Under the pieces are notes generated by a model. It worked only from the letters and a program-made list of their open reading frames with translations. It ran no database searches and was not told the origin of the DNA. Below, one piece after another: positions 9,882 through 19,606 of a DNA stretch of 64,000 nt. The stretch lies in NCBI GenBank assembly GCA_963808235.1, contig CAWEEQ010000004.1:1632001-1696000 (forward strand), written 5' to 3'. The stretch's first letter is position 1. Every line of letters begins with the position of its first letter. The DNA comes from an uncultured delta proteobacterium. Lineage in GTDB: Bacteria > Desulfobacterota > Binatia > Binatales > Binataceae. The translations under genes and the position numbers were made by a program.

Positions 9882-12737
9882 TTACTTGGCGATCGCCTCG
9901 ACGACCTCCTGGCGAAGAGCTTCAAGCGCGCCGATCGGATCGTGTCCGGCGAAATGAACTCGAATCACGCGCCGGCCGTGCGCTTCCAGGGATTGGAAGT
10001 CACCGAGATATTGCGCCTGATTGAGTTGCCCGAAGTCGTACGATGCGCCGGGTATCGGAATCGACTCGCGATGATCCTGCGTAATCTGCAGAAACAGTCC
10101 GGTGTTTGGTCCGCCCTTGTGCAGTTGGCCGGTCGAGTGCAGGACGCGGGGACCATAACCGAACGTCGTCGCGATTGCGTAGCGCTCGACCACGGCTTTA
10201 CGAATCGCCGCGATCTCCTTGTCCACGGTCGGGTTGGGCGACAGGTATGCCATCATGGCCAGGTAATCGCCAGGGCGCGCGAGGTTCAGGAATTCGCGGA
10301 GCAGTCCGCGAAAATCGTGACCTCCCTTGAGCGCATCGCCGGCAGCTCCTCCGCAGTAAAGTGCCAGCTTTCCTTTTTCGGCAATCGGCGATCGCGTGGG
10401 CAGCTTGTGGCTTCGTTCGAATTCGGCGAGCAATCGATTGGTTGTGCCTTTGCTCTCCTGAACATTCGGTTCCTCGAAGGGATCGACGCCGATGATCGAG
10501 GCCGCTGTCGCCGTCGCGATCTCCCATCGCATGAATTCTTCGCCGAGATCGATCCGATCGGCGACCGCGATCTCCACGGTTGGAACGCCAGCTTTTCTGA
10601 TCGCCTCGAAGGCCGCATCCTGCCCCAGATCGCGGGTGCCTTTGAGCTTCAAGTAGGCGAACACGCGGTCCTTTCCATAGTACCTTGGTTCGACGATCGG
10701 CTCGTCGCAAACCGGGATGATGCCGGTGCCTTCCTTGCCGGTGGCTTCGGCGATTAGTTGCTCGACCCACAGACCGAATGCACCGATCGACTGCGAAACG
10801 ATGAACGTGACTTTGTCGCGGCCCGCCTTCTTTAACGCACCGAGCGCTCCGCCCAGGCTCACGCCGACATTTTCCTCAACGCTGAGGCATCCCGCGGAGC
10901 TATGTGTCATTCGAATCGCGCGATCGAGCAGCGTCGCGATGTTCACTCCAATCAACGCGGCGGGCACCAGGCCGAAGTAGGAAAGTGCCGAGAAACCGCC
11001 GCCGATGTCGGGCGGATTGAGGAACCGGCGACGAAACTTATGCTCCCTGGCGATCATATCCAGCTCGGTACCAGGATCGGTGATCGCGACGAAATGAGAT
11101 CCCGGCGGATTCGAAGACTTGGACTTCACGCGCTCGAAGAACGCTTTGTAGTGCGAGAGTGTTTCGATTGTGCTGCCGGTTTTACTCGAGACCACGAACA
11201 GAGTGTGCGCGATATCGATGTTGCGTTCGAGCGCCCGAATCGTTTCCGGCACGGTGGAATCGAGAACATGAAGTTTCGGATAGCCCGGCGCACTCGGAAA
11301 CGTCTTTGCGATCAATTCGGGAGTCAGCGAGGAGCCGCCCATTCCGAGCAACACAACGTCGCGAAAGCCCGCGCTCCTGACTTCATCTGCGAAGTTGCTG
11401 AGGTCGGCGACGCGCTCTGACAAAAGCTCGGGAACGACCAGCCATCCGAGCGCGTTCTTGATGATCTCCTGATGCGCGGGTTCCTTCTTCCAAAGCGTGG
11501 GATCCTTATGCCACAGGCGGGCTGGAAATTCCGCCTTCTCGAGATCTTTGTAGGTTGCGGCTAGCTGAGAATCGTAGCCCGGCGCGGAGATCGTCTGCTT
11601 GTCGAGCGATCCGTCGACAATCGCGGCGCGCCGCCCGCTGATCACCGCGCTCAAATCCTCGAAGGACTTTGCAAAGGACTCGACGCCCTCTTTCTGCAGC
11701 TCCTCTCCAACTTCGAGAAGGTCGATCCCGACCGACTTGAGGCGCTTCACCGCTTCGCGCGCCTCGTCGAGGTTTTCTTCGAGCGACGCGCGCGGCTTGC
11801 CGTGATCGCGGAACGCGTCCATGGTCGCGGGCGGCATCGTGTTGACCGTATCGGGACCGATCAGATCCTCCACGTACTTGACGTCGCTGTAAGCGTGATT
11901 CTTGGTGCCGGTGGATGCCCACAACGGCCATTGCGGACGCCCGCCTTTTTCGCTGAGCGCCTTGAAGCGATTGCCTTTGAAAAGTTCCTTGTAGCGCTGA
12001 TAGATGAGCTTCGAGTTCGCCACCGCCGACTTCCCCATCAGCGCTGCGACGGCCTCGTTCGGCGCCGCCTTCAGCTTGTCCTCCAGCTTGCGATCGACCA
12101 GCGTCTCGACGCGGCTCACGAATACGCTCGCCACCGACCAGATTTTCGAAAGCGATTGGCCCGCTTTGAGCCTGCGTTCGAGTCCACGGATGTACGCCTC
12201 GGCGACATCGTCGTAGTGTTTCATCGAGAACATCAGGGTCACGTTGATGTTGAGGCCTTCAGAAATGAGCTGCTCGATCGCCGGCAGACCTGCGGGCGTG
12301 CTCGGGACCTTGATCATCACGTTGGGCCGCGCGAGCATCTTCCAGTAGCGGCGCGCGGCGGCGATGGTGCCGTCGGTGTCGTTGGCGAGCGTCGGCGAAA
12401 CTTCGTAACTGATGTAGCCGTGGACGCCGTCGCTTTTGTCGTAGAGGGGGCGGAGCGCGTCGGCGGCCAATTTGATATCGGCGGACGAGAGCGCTTCGTA
12501 GATTTCGTCGATGCTCTTTCCGCTCGGCGCGAGCTCGCGAAGCTGATCGTCGTAGTCGGTGGATCCGGCGATCGCTTTTTCGAAGATGGTCGGGTTCGAG
12601 GTCATCCCCTTGAGGCTGTCCTCATCGAGCATCCGGCGAAATTCCGCGGAGGTCAGCAGGTGACGGCGAATATAATCGAGCCATACGCTCTGTCCGAAGT
12701 GCTCGAGCTGCTTTAGAGGGTTTTCAGCGCTCGCCAT
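9882..12737 (-). CDS. tal: Bifunctional transaldolase / glucose-6-phosphate isomerase fusion
   Basis: GQSVWLD, GMTSNPTIF, EVSP, NVMIKVP, LWASTGTK; C-terminal PGI-like domain (GMGGSSL, AITDPGT, HSTGQLHKGG). Confidence 0.93.
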   Translation of the reverse strand: MASAENPLKQLEHFGQSVWLDYIRRHLLTSAEFRRMLDEDSLKGMTSNPTIFEKAIAGSTDYDDQLRELAPSGKSIDEIYEALSSADIKLAADALRPLYDKSDGVHGYISYEVSPTLANDTDGTIAAARRYWKMLARPNVMIKVPSTPAGLPAIEQLISEGLNINVTLMFSMKHYDDVAEAYIRGLERRLKAGQSLSKIWSVASVFVSRVETLVDRKLEDKLKAAPNEAVAALMGKSAVANSKLIYQRYKELFKGNRFKALSEKGGRPQWPLWASTGTKNHAYSDVKYVEDLIGPDTVNTMPPATMDAFRDHGKPRASLEENLDEAREAVKRLKSVGIDLLEVGEELQKEGVESFAKSFEDLSAVISGRRAAIVDGSLDKQTISAPGYDSQLAATYKDLEKAEFPARLWHKDPTLWKKEPAHQEIIKNALGWLVVPELLSERVADLSNFADEVRSAGFRDVVLLGMGGSSLTPELIAKTFPSAPGYPKLHVLDSTVPETIRALERNIDIAHTLFVVSSKTGSTIETLSHYKAFFERVKSKSSNPPGSHFVAITDPGTELDMIAREHKFRRRFLNPPDIGGGFSALSYFGLVPAALIGVNIATLLDRAIRMTHSSAGCLSVEENVGVSLGGALGALKKAGRDKVTFIVSQSIGAFGLWVEQLIAEATGKEGTGIIPVCDEPIVEPRYYGKDRVFAYLKLKGTRDLGQDAAFEAIRKAGVPTVEIAVADRIDLGEEFMRWEIATATAASIIGVDPFEEPNVQESKGTTNRLLAEFERSHKLPTRSPIAEKGKLALYCGGAAGDALKGGHDFRGLLREFLNLARPGDYLAMMAYLSPNPTVDKEIAAIRKAVVERYAIATTFGYGPRVLHSTGQLHKGGPNTGLFLQITQDHRESIPIPGASYDFGQLNQAQYLGDFQSLEAHGRRVIRVHFAGHDPIGALEALRQEVVEAIAK

Positions 12738-12822
12738 TGTATTTGCTCCTGATTGAAAAATTTAAAGCGCATAGCCGGCGGCGGACCGCGCGCGATCGCA
12801 ATTCGCCCCTTTTTCAGACCTG

Positions 12823-14854
12823 CTAACGAGCGAGTAGTTTCAGCGCGCGCTCGACAACGTGCTCAACGGTAAAGTTAAAGTGTTTCATTACATCTTCGGA
12901 TTTGCCCGACGCGCCGTAGGTCGTCATCCCGATGATGTCGCCGTCGAGCCCGACCCATCGGTACCATGACATCGGCGCGGCGGCTTCGACCGCGAGCCTG
13001 CGCCGAATGTTCGGGGGCAGCACGGAATCGCGATACGCCTGGTCCTGTGCCTCGAAGATATTTGCGCTCGGCATGCTCACGACGCGCACCGCCCTGCCCT
13101 TTTCTTCCAGCTTCGCTTTCGCATCGACGACCAGCGAGAGCTCCGATCCCGATCCAAGCAAAATAATTTCCGGAGCTTTGCCGGCGGTCTCAGTCAGCAC
13201 GTAGCCGCCGCGCCGGACGCCGCTCGCGGGCGCCACCTTGGTGCGATCGAGAGTGGGAACTTTCTGCCGCGAGAGCGCCAGCAGCACCGGACCTTGAGTA
13301 TGGGTCATGATCGTACGCCAGGCCTCGACCGCTTCGTTCGCATCGCCGGGGCGGATCACGGTGAGATGCGGAATCGCGCGCAGCGATGACAAATGCTCGA
13401 TCGGCTGATGCGTCGGGCCGTCCTCGCCTACGCCGATCGAATCATGGGTGAACACGAACACCACCTGGAGTTCCATCAACGCCGCGAGCCGAATCGACGG
13501 CCTCGCGTAATCGGTAAAGCACAGGAAGCTCGATCCGTACGGGATGAAGCCGCCGTGCAACGCGATTCCGTTCAAGATCGCGCACATGCCGTGCTCGCGA
13601 ATTCCGAAATGCGGATTGCGGCCGCCGTACTCGCCACGCTCGAAATCACCGCCGTCCTTGATGTCGGTGAAGGTCGACTCGTTCAGGTCGGCGGAACCGC
13701 CGAACAGGTTCCAGACTTTTTTAGCGATCGCCGCCTCCGCCTGCGAGGCGGACATCCGGGTCGCGAGCGAATCCTTGGGCGTGAACACCGGGAGCTCGGC
13801 GTCCCATCCCTTAGGCAGATCTTTTGCGAGCGCGGTCTGAAACTCGCCCGCCTCCGCGGTGTGTTTTTTTGCGTAAGTTTCAAACTTCGCGTTCCATGCG
13901 GTCTCGAGCTCCTCGCCATGCTCGACGCACTCGCGAAAATGCGCGAGCGAATCGTCGGCAACGAAGAACGGCGGCTCGGTCGGATATCCGTAGAATTCCT
14001 TGGTCAGCTTGACCTCTTCGACGCCGAGCGCATTGCTGTGCGCGGCCGAGGTGCCCTGCTTATGCGGGCTGCCGTAACCGATAATCGAGCGGACTCGAAT
14101 CAGCGACGGGCGTGCGGTCTCCGCGATTCCATTTTCAATCGCCTTCGAGAGCGCCGCCAGATCGTTCGCATCCTCGACGACCTGCGTGTGCCACTTGTAG
14201 GCGTCGAATCGCTTGTTCACGTCCTCGTCAAAGGCGAGCTCGGTGTGCCCGTCGATGGTCACGTGGTTGTCGTCGTAGATGTAGACGATGTTGCCCAACC
14301 CAAGATGCCCCGCGATCGACGCCGCTTCACTCGACACGCCTTCCATCAGGTCGCCGTCGCTGCAAATCCCGAAGATACGATGATCGAACAGGCCCGACTT
14401 GTCGCGCTCGAAGCGCGCCTCAAGATGCTTCGCCGCCATCGCCATCCCGACTCCGTTGCCGAAGCCCTGGCCAAGCGGCCCGGTCGTGGTCTCGACGCCG
14501 GGCGTCATGCCGTGCTCCGGATGGCCCGGGGTCCTGCTTCCCACCTGGCGGAACTGTTTGATGTCGTCGAGCGTCACGTCGTAGCCGGTGAGATAGAGAA
14601 TGCTATAGAGGAGCATCGAGCCGTGACCGGCCGACAGCACAAAACGATCGCGCCCAAACCATTGTCGGATTCTTGGGATTGTGACGCATGAAGCGCGTGT
14701 AGAGCAGGTACGCGACCGGCGCCATCGCCATCGGCAATCCGCAATGGCCGGAGTTGGCCTTTTGAACCGCGTCGATCGTGAGCACGCGAATCGCGTTGAT
14801 ACAGGTTTGGTCCAGGTCGGACCGATTCACTTTGATTTGTGATGCAGTCGCCAC
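12823..14854 (-). CDS. tkt: Transketolase (+1 frameshift near 14662)
   Basis: [50 protein letters not shown]; removing one base restores [16 protein letters not shown]. Confidence 0.93.
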
Positions 14855-14940
14855 GATGTCACCAACGCCTCAAGGTTTTGGGCGGTCGCTATCTTCCGCC
14901 GGTTGGATATGTAGCTTGCTTCGCCAGCTCCGAAGCCGAA

Positions 14941-15309
14941 TCACCAATCTTTCTTGTCGTCGTCTTTGCTGTCGCCCGCCTTCCGGCGCATCACGTCCAC
15001 CACGGTCTTCGCATCGCCCTTATCTCCGGCGCCGAGCGCCGCGGTAAACTTCTCGGCAATAAAGCGCATCATCGCACCCTCTTCAGGATCGAGAACGCTG
15101 CCTAGCGCCGCGAGGCGCTGCATCGCGCTTCGGATTGCCGCGATCGCGGCCGGCATATCGCCCCGCTCGCGGCATACGATCGCGTCGCGAAGACCGGCAC
15201 GCACTTCGGCGATCGTGGGACGCGCGCGCTCACCTATCACAATCTCCAATTCGCCGAGATTTTGTGCAAGTTTTGCGAATGGATCGTCAGCGGAATTGAT
15301 TGGCGACAC
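14941..15309 (-). CDS. Hypothetical helical protein
   Basis: 122 aa ORF with plausible composition filling the gap between tkt and fabF. Confidence 0.65.
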   Translation of the reverse strand: MSPINSADDPFAKLAQNLGELEIVIGERARPTIAEVRAGLRDAIVCRERGDMPAAIAAIRSAMQRLAALGSVLDPEEGAMMRFIAEKFTAALGAGDKGDAKTVVDVMRRKAGDSKDDDKKDW

Positions 15310-15458
15310 TCAAAGATTGTTTCATCGGTACAAGTTTAGATGCAAGGCTAAACCATCGTCGCAAGCCGGGGCTCGACAGGCCAAAATGCGCATTCTCGAC
15401 CAGCCCGGCTTTTTGGTAGATGATTAAATCAATCGCGCATGGAGGATGAGGGGCCCTG

Positions 15459-16716
15459 ATGAGACCAATGCTTGAGCGCCGTGTGGTGATCACCGGAGTA
15501 GGTTTGGTGACCCCGCTCGGTATCGGAGTCGACAAGAACTGGGAGGCGCTGATGGCGGGCCGGTCCGGAGTCGGACCGATCACCCGTTTCGACGCTTCGG
15601 AGTTCCCCGCGCGCATCGCCGGTGAAGTCAATGACTTCAATCCGGAAGACTGGATCGAAAAGCGCGACGTTAAAAAGATGGATCCCTTCATCCAGTACGC
15701 GGTCGCGTCTTCCGAACAGGCCATGAGTCAGTCGGGCTTCAAAATTACCGAAGAGAATGCCGACATGGTCGGCGTACTGATTGGAGTTGGAATCGGCGGA
15801 CTCTGCACCATCGAGGAATACCACAAGGTCTTCATGGCGACCGGGCTCAGGCACGTCACCCCGTTTTTCATTCCGAAGCTGATCGGCAATCTCGCTCCCG
15901 GCCAGATTTCGATCCGTTACGGAGCGCGCGGCGTCAACTTGACGACCACCAGCGCCTGCGCGTCGGGCAGCCATGCGATTGGCGAGGCGTATCGCATGAT
16001 CAGGCTCGGCTACCTTGACGCGGCGATAACCGGCGGGTCCGAGGCTGCGATCACGTCCCTCGGAGTCGGCGGATTCGTCGCGATGCGCGCGCTGTCGACC
16101 CGCAACGATCCTCCGGAGAAAGCGAGCCGCCCGTTCGACAAGCATGCGCGACGGATTCGTCATGGCCGAAGGATCGGCGGCGCTCATCCTCGAGGAGCGC
16201 GACGCGGCAATCGCGCGCGGCGCGAAGATTCTCGCCGAGGTTTGCGGATACGCCGCCAACAGCGACGCCTATCACATCACCTCGCCCTCGCCCGAAGGAC
16301 GCGGCGCGGCAAAGTGTATGCGCATGTGTCTCGAAGACAGCGATCTCGATCCCAATGAAGTCGACTACATCAACGCGCATGGCACTTCGACCGAGCAAGG
16401 CGATCTCGCGGAGACTCAGGCAGTGAAGCGGGTCTTCGGTGAACGCGCGGCGAAGGTCGCAATCAGTTCGACCAAATCGATGACCGGGCACACGCTCGGC
16501 GCGGCCGGCGCGATCGAGTCGGTATACACCGTGCTCGCGATCGAGCGCGGGATGCTCCCGCCGACCATCAACCAGGAATTTCCCGACCCCGAATGCGATC
16601 TGGATTACGTACCCAACCGGCCGCGAGCCGCGAAGATTCGAATCGCGCTCAATAATTCGTTCGGATTCGGCGGCACCAACACCACGCTGGCCTTCAGGCC
16701 CGCCAACCAGGACTAA
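15459..16716 (+). CDS. fabF: Beta-ketoacyl-ACP synthase II (+1 frameshift near 16146)
   Basis: RRVVITGVG, TSACASGSHAIG, YINAHGTST, SMTGH, NNSFGFGGTN; PFDKH-[g]-RDGF. Confidence 0.95.
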
Positions 16717-16728
16717 GCCTAGGTCATC

Positions 16729-17706
16729 ATGGGCTCCAGAATTGTTTCTACCGGACGGGCTCTGCCGCGTGCCGCGCTCACCAATAAAGATCTCGAGCGC
16801 TACATGGATACCTCCGACGAATGGATTCGGTCGCGCACCGGAATCGGCCAGCGCTACACGCTCCGTCAGGGCGAGTCGCTCGCGGAAATCGCCGTCGACG
16901 CAAGCCGCACGGCGCTCGCACGGGCCGGAATCAAGCCGGGAGATCTCGACGCGATCATCGTCGGCACGGTTTCCTCCGAATACGCGTTCCCGTCCTTCGC
17001 GTGTCAGATTCAGAACGGCCTCGGCATCTCCACGATTCCCGCCTTCGACGTCGCCGCCGCCTGCTCCGGCTTCGTGTACGCGCTTTCGGTCGCGGACGCA
17101 CACATGCGCGCCGGCGACTTCAAGCGCGTGCTGGTCGTCGGCACCGACGCTCTGTCGACGATGGTCGATTGGGGCGATCGCAGTACCTCGGTGCTGTTCG
17201 GCGACGGCGCGGGCGCAGCCGTGATGGTGACCGAAGCGGGAAATCGCGGCGTGTTGTCGAGCCTGCTGCGATCGTCAGGCGAGTACTGGAACCTGCTCTC
17301 GGTGCGCGCGACCGGAGTCCGTGGCACGGTTGATTCGGAAATCCGGCGATCCTCCGATGACGCGATCAAGATGAAAGGGCCCGAGCTTTTCAAAATCGCC
17401 GTCAAGAGCATGGAAGAAGTCAGCCGCCTGGTCGCGCAGCGCGCCGGCGTGCCACTCGAGGAAATCGATCTGTTTGTGCCGCATCAGGCCAACATGCGGA
17501 TTATTTCCGCGGTCGCCGAACGGCTCGGCCTGCCGCAAGAAAGGGTCTTCACCAATATCGATCGCTATGGCAATACCTCCGCCGCTTCGGTACCGATCGC
17601 ACTAGACGAAGCGATCGAGCAGGGCCGCATCCGTGAAGGCAACATCGTGATGCTCAACGCATGCGGCGGCGGCCTCACCTGGGGCGCAAACCTGATCCGC
17701 TGGTAG
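16729..17706 (+). CDS. fabH: Beta-ketoacyl-ACP synthase III
   Basis: DTSDEWI, AACSGF, FGDGAGA, PHQAN, YGNTSAAS. Confidence 0.95.
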   Translation: MGSRIVSTGRALPRAALTNKDLERYMDTSDEWIRSRTGIGQRYTLRQGESLAEIAVDASRTALARAGIKPGDLDAIIVGTVSSEYAFPSFACQIQNGLGISTIPAFDVAAACSGFVYALSVADAHMRAGDFKRVLVVGTDALSTMVDWGDRSTSVLFGDGAGAAVMVTEAGNRGVLSSLLRSSGEYWNLLSVRATGVRGTVDSEIRRSSDDAIKMKGPELFKIAVKSMEEVSRLVAQRAGVPLEEIDLFVPHQANMRIISAVAERLGLPQERVFTNIDRYGNTSAASVPIALDEAIEQGRIREGNIVMLNACGGGLTWGANLIRW

Positions 17707-17715
17707 CGCTTCTTA

Positions 17716-17773
17716 CCTCGCCCGTTATTTTACGGGAGAGGATGCCGGCCGCCTTGCGGCCGGTAGGTGAGGG
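17716..17773 (-). repeat. REP-like double-hairpin element (CCCTCACC...CCTCTCCC...GGGCGAGG family)
   Basis: CCTCGCCCGT-tattt-tACGGGAGAGG, GCCGC-ctt-GCGGC, GGTGAGGG; reverse-oriented relative of the copies at 52277, 53022, 53116 and 54867. Confidence 0.75.
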
Positions 17774-17813
17774 TTCTGCGCCATGCCACTGCCACTCGAC
17801 CGCTCAACCTAAA

Positions 17814-18773
17814 ATGTTAAAAGAAATCCTCGACCGACGCGTCCTGATCGTGCTCGGCAAGGGCGGAGTCGGTAAAACCACTGTCAGCGCGGCGATCGCG
17901 AAGCTCGCGATTGCGTCCGGCGCCCGTGCGCTCGTCATGGAATGCGACTCGCGCGCGCCGTTGGCAAGAGTATTCGGAATCGATCCCGCGTTCCAACCGA
18001 AAGAGGTCATGCCTCATCTCTCTCTGATGGCCCTCGATGGACGCCGCGCGCTCGAGGAATATCTTCGCCTCGTGGTGCCAAGCCGGATGCTGCTCAAGGC
18101 CGTGTTTGCCAGTCGTCTCTACCAATTGTTCGTTCAGGCCGCGCCCGGCCTGCGCGAACTGATGATGCTCGGCAAGGTTTATTACGAAGCCGGGCGCAAA
18201 GCCGTCGAGCCTCCGCTCCGCAGGCTGATTATTGTAGATGCGCCGGCCAGCGGGCAGGCGATAAGCTTGCTCAAGATGCCGACCGCGGCGCGCACGACGT
18301 TTGCCGACAGCGTGGTCGGCAAAGAAGCGGGCAATATATCGCGGATGCTTCGCGATCGGCGCCATTGCGCAATTTTGCAAGTCACGACCGCCGACGCGCT
18401 GTCCGTCGCCGAAACTATCGAGACTCACGCCGAGCTGGAGAAGATCCATCTCGCACCGCTAGCGGTGATATTCAATCGAACGGTGGCGTCACGCTTCGAT
18501 GGCCACGATGTCGCCGCGCTCGCCAATCGTCGCGGACCTCGCTCCCACAAGAAAAATCTCGAGCACCTCGCGGAACTTGCAGGGTCCGAACTCCGCCGCG
18601 TCTCAGAAGCGCGTAACGCTATCGTGGCAATCCGCGCCGCGACCGGAGGTCCAGTGATCGAGCTCGTCGAGCATCCAAGTATCGCGGGCATCGAGTTGAT
18701 CGATCGCCTCGCCGAAGACCTCGCCCGAGATGGCGAAATACCGGCTCCGGAAATTCACACAACGGGCAAGTAG
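17814..18773 (+). CDS. ArsA/Get3-related P-loop ATPase (BagA/Rv3679-like subunit)
   Basis: GKGGVGKTT deviant Walker A, APGLRELMMLGKV, IIVDAPASG. Confidence 0.85.
   Translation: MLKEILDRRVLIVLGKGGVGKTTVSAAIAKLAIASGARALVMECDSRAPLARVFGIDPAFQPKEVMPHLSLMALDGRRALEEYLRLVVPSRMLLKAVFASRLYQLFVQAAPGLRELMMLGKVYYEAGRKAVEPPLRRLIIVDAPASGQAISLLKMPTAARTTFADSVVGKEAGNISRMLRDRRHCAILQVTTADALSVAETIETHAELEKIHLAPLAVIFNRTVASRFDGHDVAALANRRGPRSHKKNLEHLAELAGSELRRVSEARNAIVAIRAATGGPVIELVEHPSIAGIELIDRLAEDLARDGEIPAPEIHTTGK
18690..18731 (+). repeat. Left copy of 42-bp imperfect direct repeat (within the 3' end of the ArsA-like gene)
   Basis: ATCGAGTTGATCGATCGCCTCGCCGAAGACCTCGCCCGAGAT; 38/42 identical to 22073-22114. Confidence 0.85.
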
Positions 18774-18787
18774 TTAGGCATATTTCC

Positions 18788-18816
18788 TTGACGCTTTCCG
18801 GATGATTTGGTACTGA
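18788..18816 (+). promoter_or_regulatory. Putative sigma70-type promoter
   Basis: TTGACG-N17-TACTGA with TG at the extended -10 position; -10 imperfect. Confidence 0.4.
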
Positions 18817-18822
18817 TCAATC

Positions 18823-19072
18823 GCGTTGACGATGCCTGTGAGGGAAAACGCGGGTCAAAACCGCGTCGACGTCCGGCATCGCGGCGTCTGAATGCCGACC
18901 GCGCTTGCGAGGGAAGATGGCCGTCTAAACCACGGTCACTGACGTCCAAGACGGCGGCATTCGATATCTGGCCCTTGCGTCCTTAGTGAAGGATTGCACG
19001 CCAGCCACACGGAGACTCTCCGTGTTCGAATCACTGAACTTAGTGGAGCGAGCACGGAGAGTTTTTAATTTT
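18823..19072 (+). ncRNA. Candidate cis-regulatory leader RNA: two tandem conserved-core stem-loops plus a terminator/antiterminator
   Basis: Units 18823-18887 and 18890-18962 share GYGAGGGAA...GACGTCC with different but still paired stems; third hairpin 18968-19004; competing hairpins 19007-19025 and 19014-19063. Confidence 0.6.
19014..19072 (+). terminator. Intrinsic terminator-like hairpin upstream of the HEAT gene RBS
   Basis: GACTCTCCGTGTTCG / CGAGCACGGAGAGTT 15-bp stem (2 GU) followed by TTTTTAATTTT. Confidence 0.7.
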
Positions 19073-19084
19073 GGAGGGAAATTC

Positions 19085-19606
19085 ATGAAACCGGGAACTG
19101 AGGATCTCATGCAAACCGTAGAGAAGCTGGCCGACAGGGCCATGCTTCAAGAGGCACTGAAGACGATGCACGAGGCTGGTCAAGCCGCGGTCGGTCCCGC
19201 GCGAGAGGGATTGTCGCATCCGCATCCACGGGTGCGGCAATTTTGCGCGATGTTCCTTGACGAGCACTGGGATGAATCCGCACTGCAGCGGCTGATCCTC
19301 GCTTTGCACGACCCGAAACTGAAGGTACGCAAGGCCGCCGTACATTCGCTGGGATGCGATCGCTGCAAGAGCGGCGAAAATCCGATCGACGTGCTGCCAT
19401 ACGTCGAGGAACGGATTCGCGAGGACAAGAGCATCAAGGTGCGCCGCACCGCCGTGCTCACCCTGGCGACGCAGATGCCGAGTAAGCGGATCGCGCGGGT
19501 ATTGCGTCGGGTGCTCCGTGACGAAACCGATGAGAAGATTCGAAACTACGCCCAATACGGCCTGCGGCGGTACGAAGATTCGCTTAAGGCGCCGGCTTCC
19601 GCGTGA
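19085..19606 (+). CDS. HEAT-repeat protein with CxxCK motif
   Basis: GGAGG RBS; LSHPHPRVR, LHDPKLKVRKAAVHSLGCDRCK, DKSIKVRRTAV repeats. Confidence 0.85.
   Translation: MKPGTEDLMQTVEKLADRAMLQEALKTMHEAGQAAVGPAREGLSHPHPRVRQFCAMFLDEHWDESALQRLILALHDPKLKVRKAAVHSLGCDRCKSGENPIDVLPYVEERIREDKSIKVRRTAVLTLATQMPSKRIARVLRRVLRDETDEKIRNYAQYGLRRYEDSLKAPASA

Noticed and set aside
18832-18942. Two short ORFs in the leader (MPVRENAGQNRVDVRHRGV; MPTALAREDGRLNHGH) as attenuator peptides
   Set aside because: No RBS and no run of regulatory codons; similarity is explained by the RNA repeat
18838-18947. Resemblance of the leader core to a cobalamin riboswitch (AGGGAA + hairpin) or hairpin-ribozyme loop A
   Set aside because: No CCCGCAACTGT element or B12 box; required flanking pair and loop B of the ribozyme are absent
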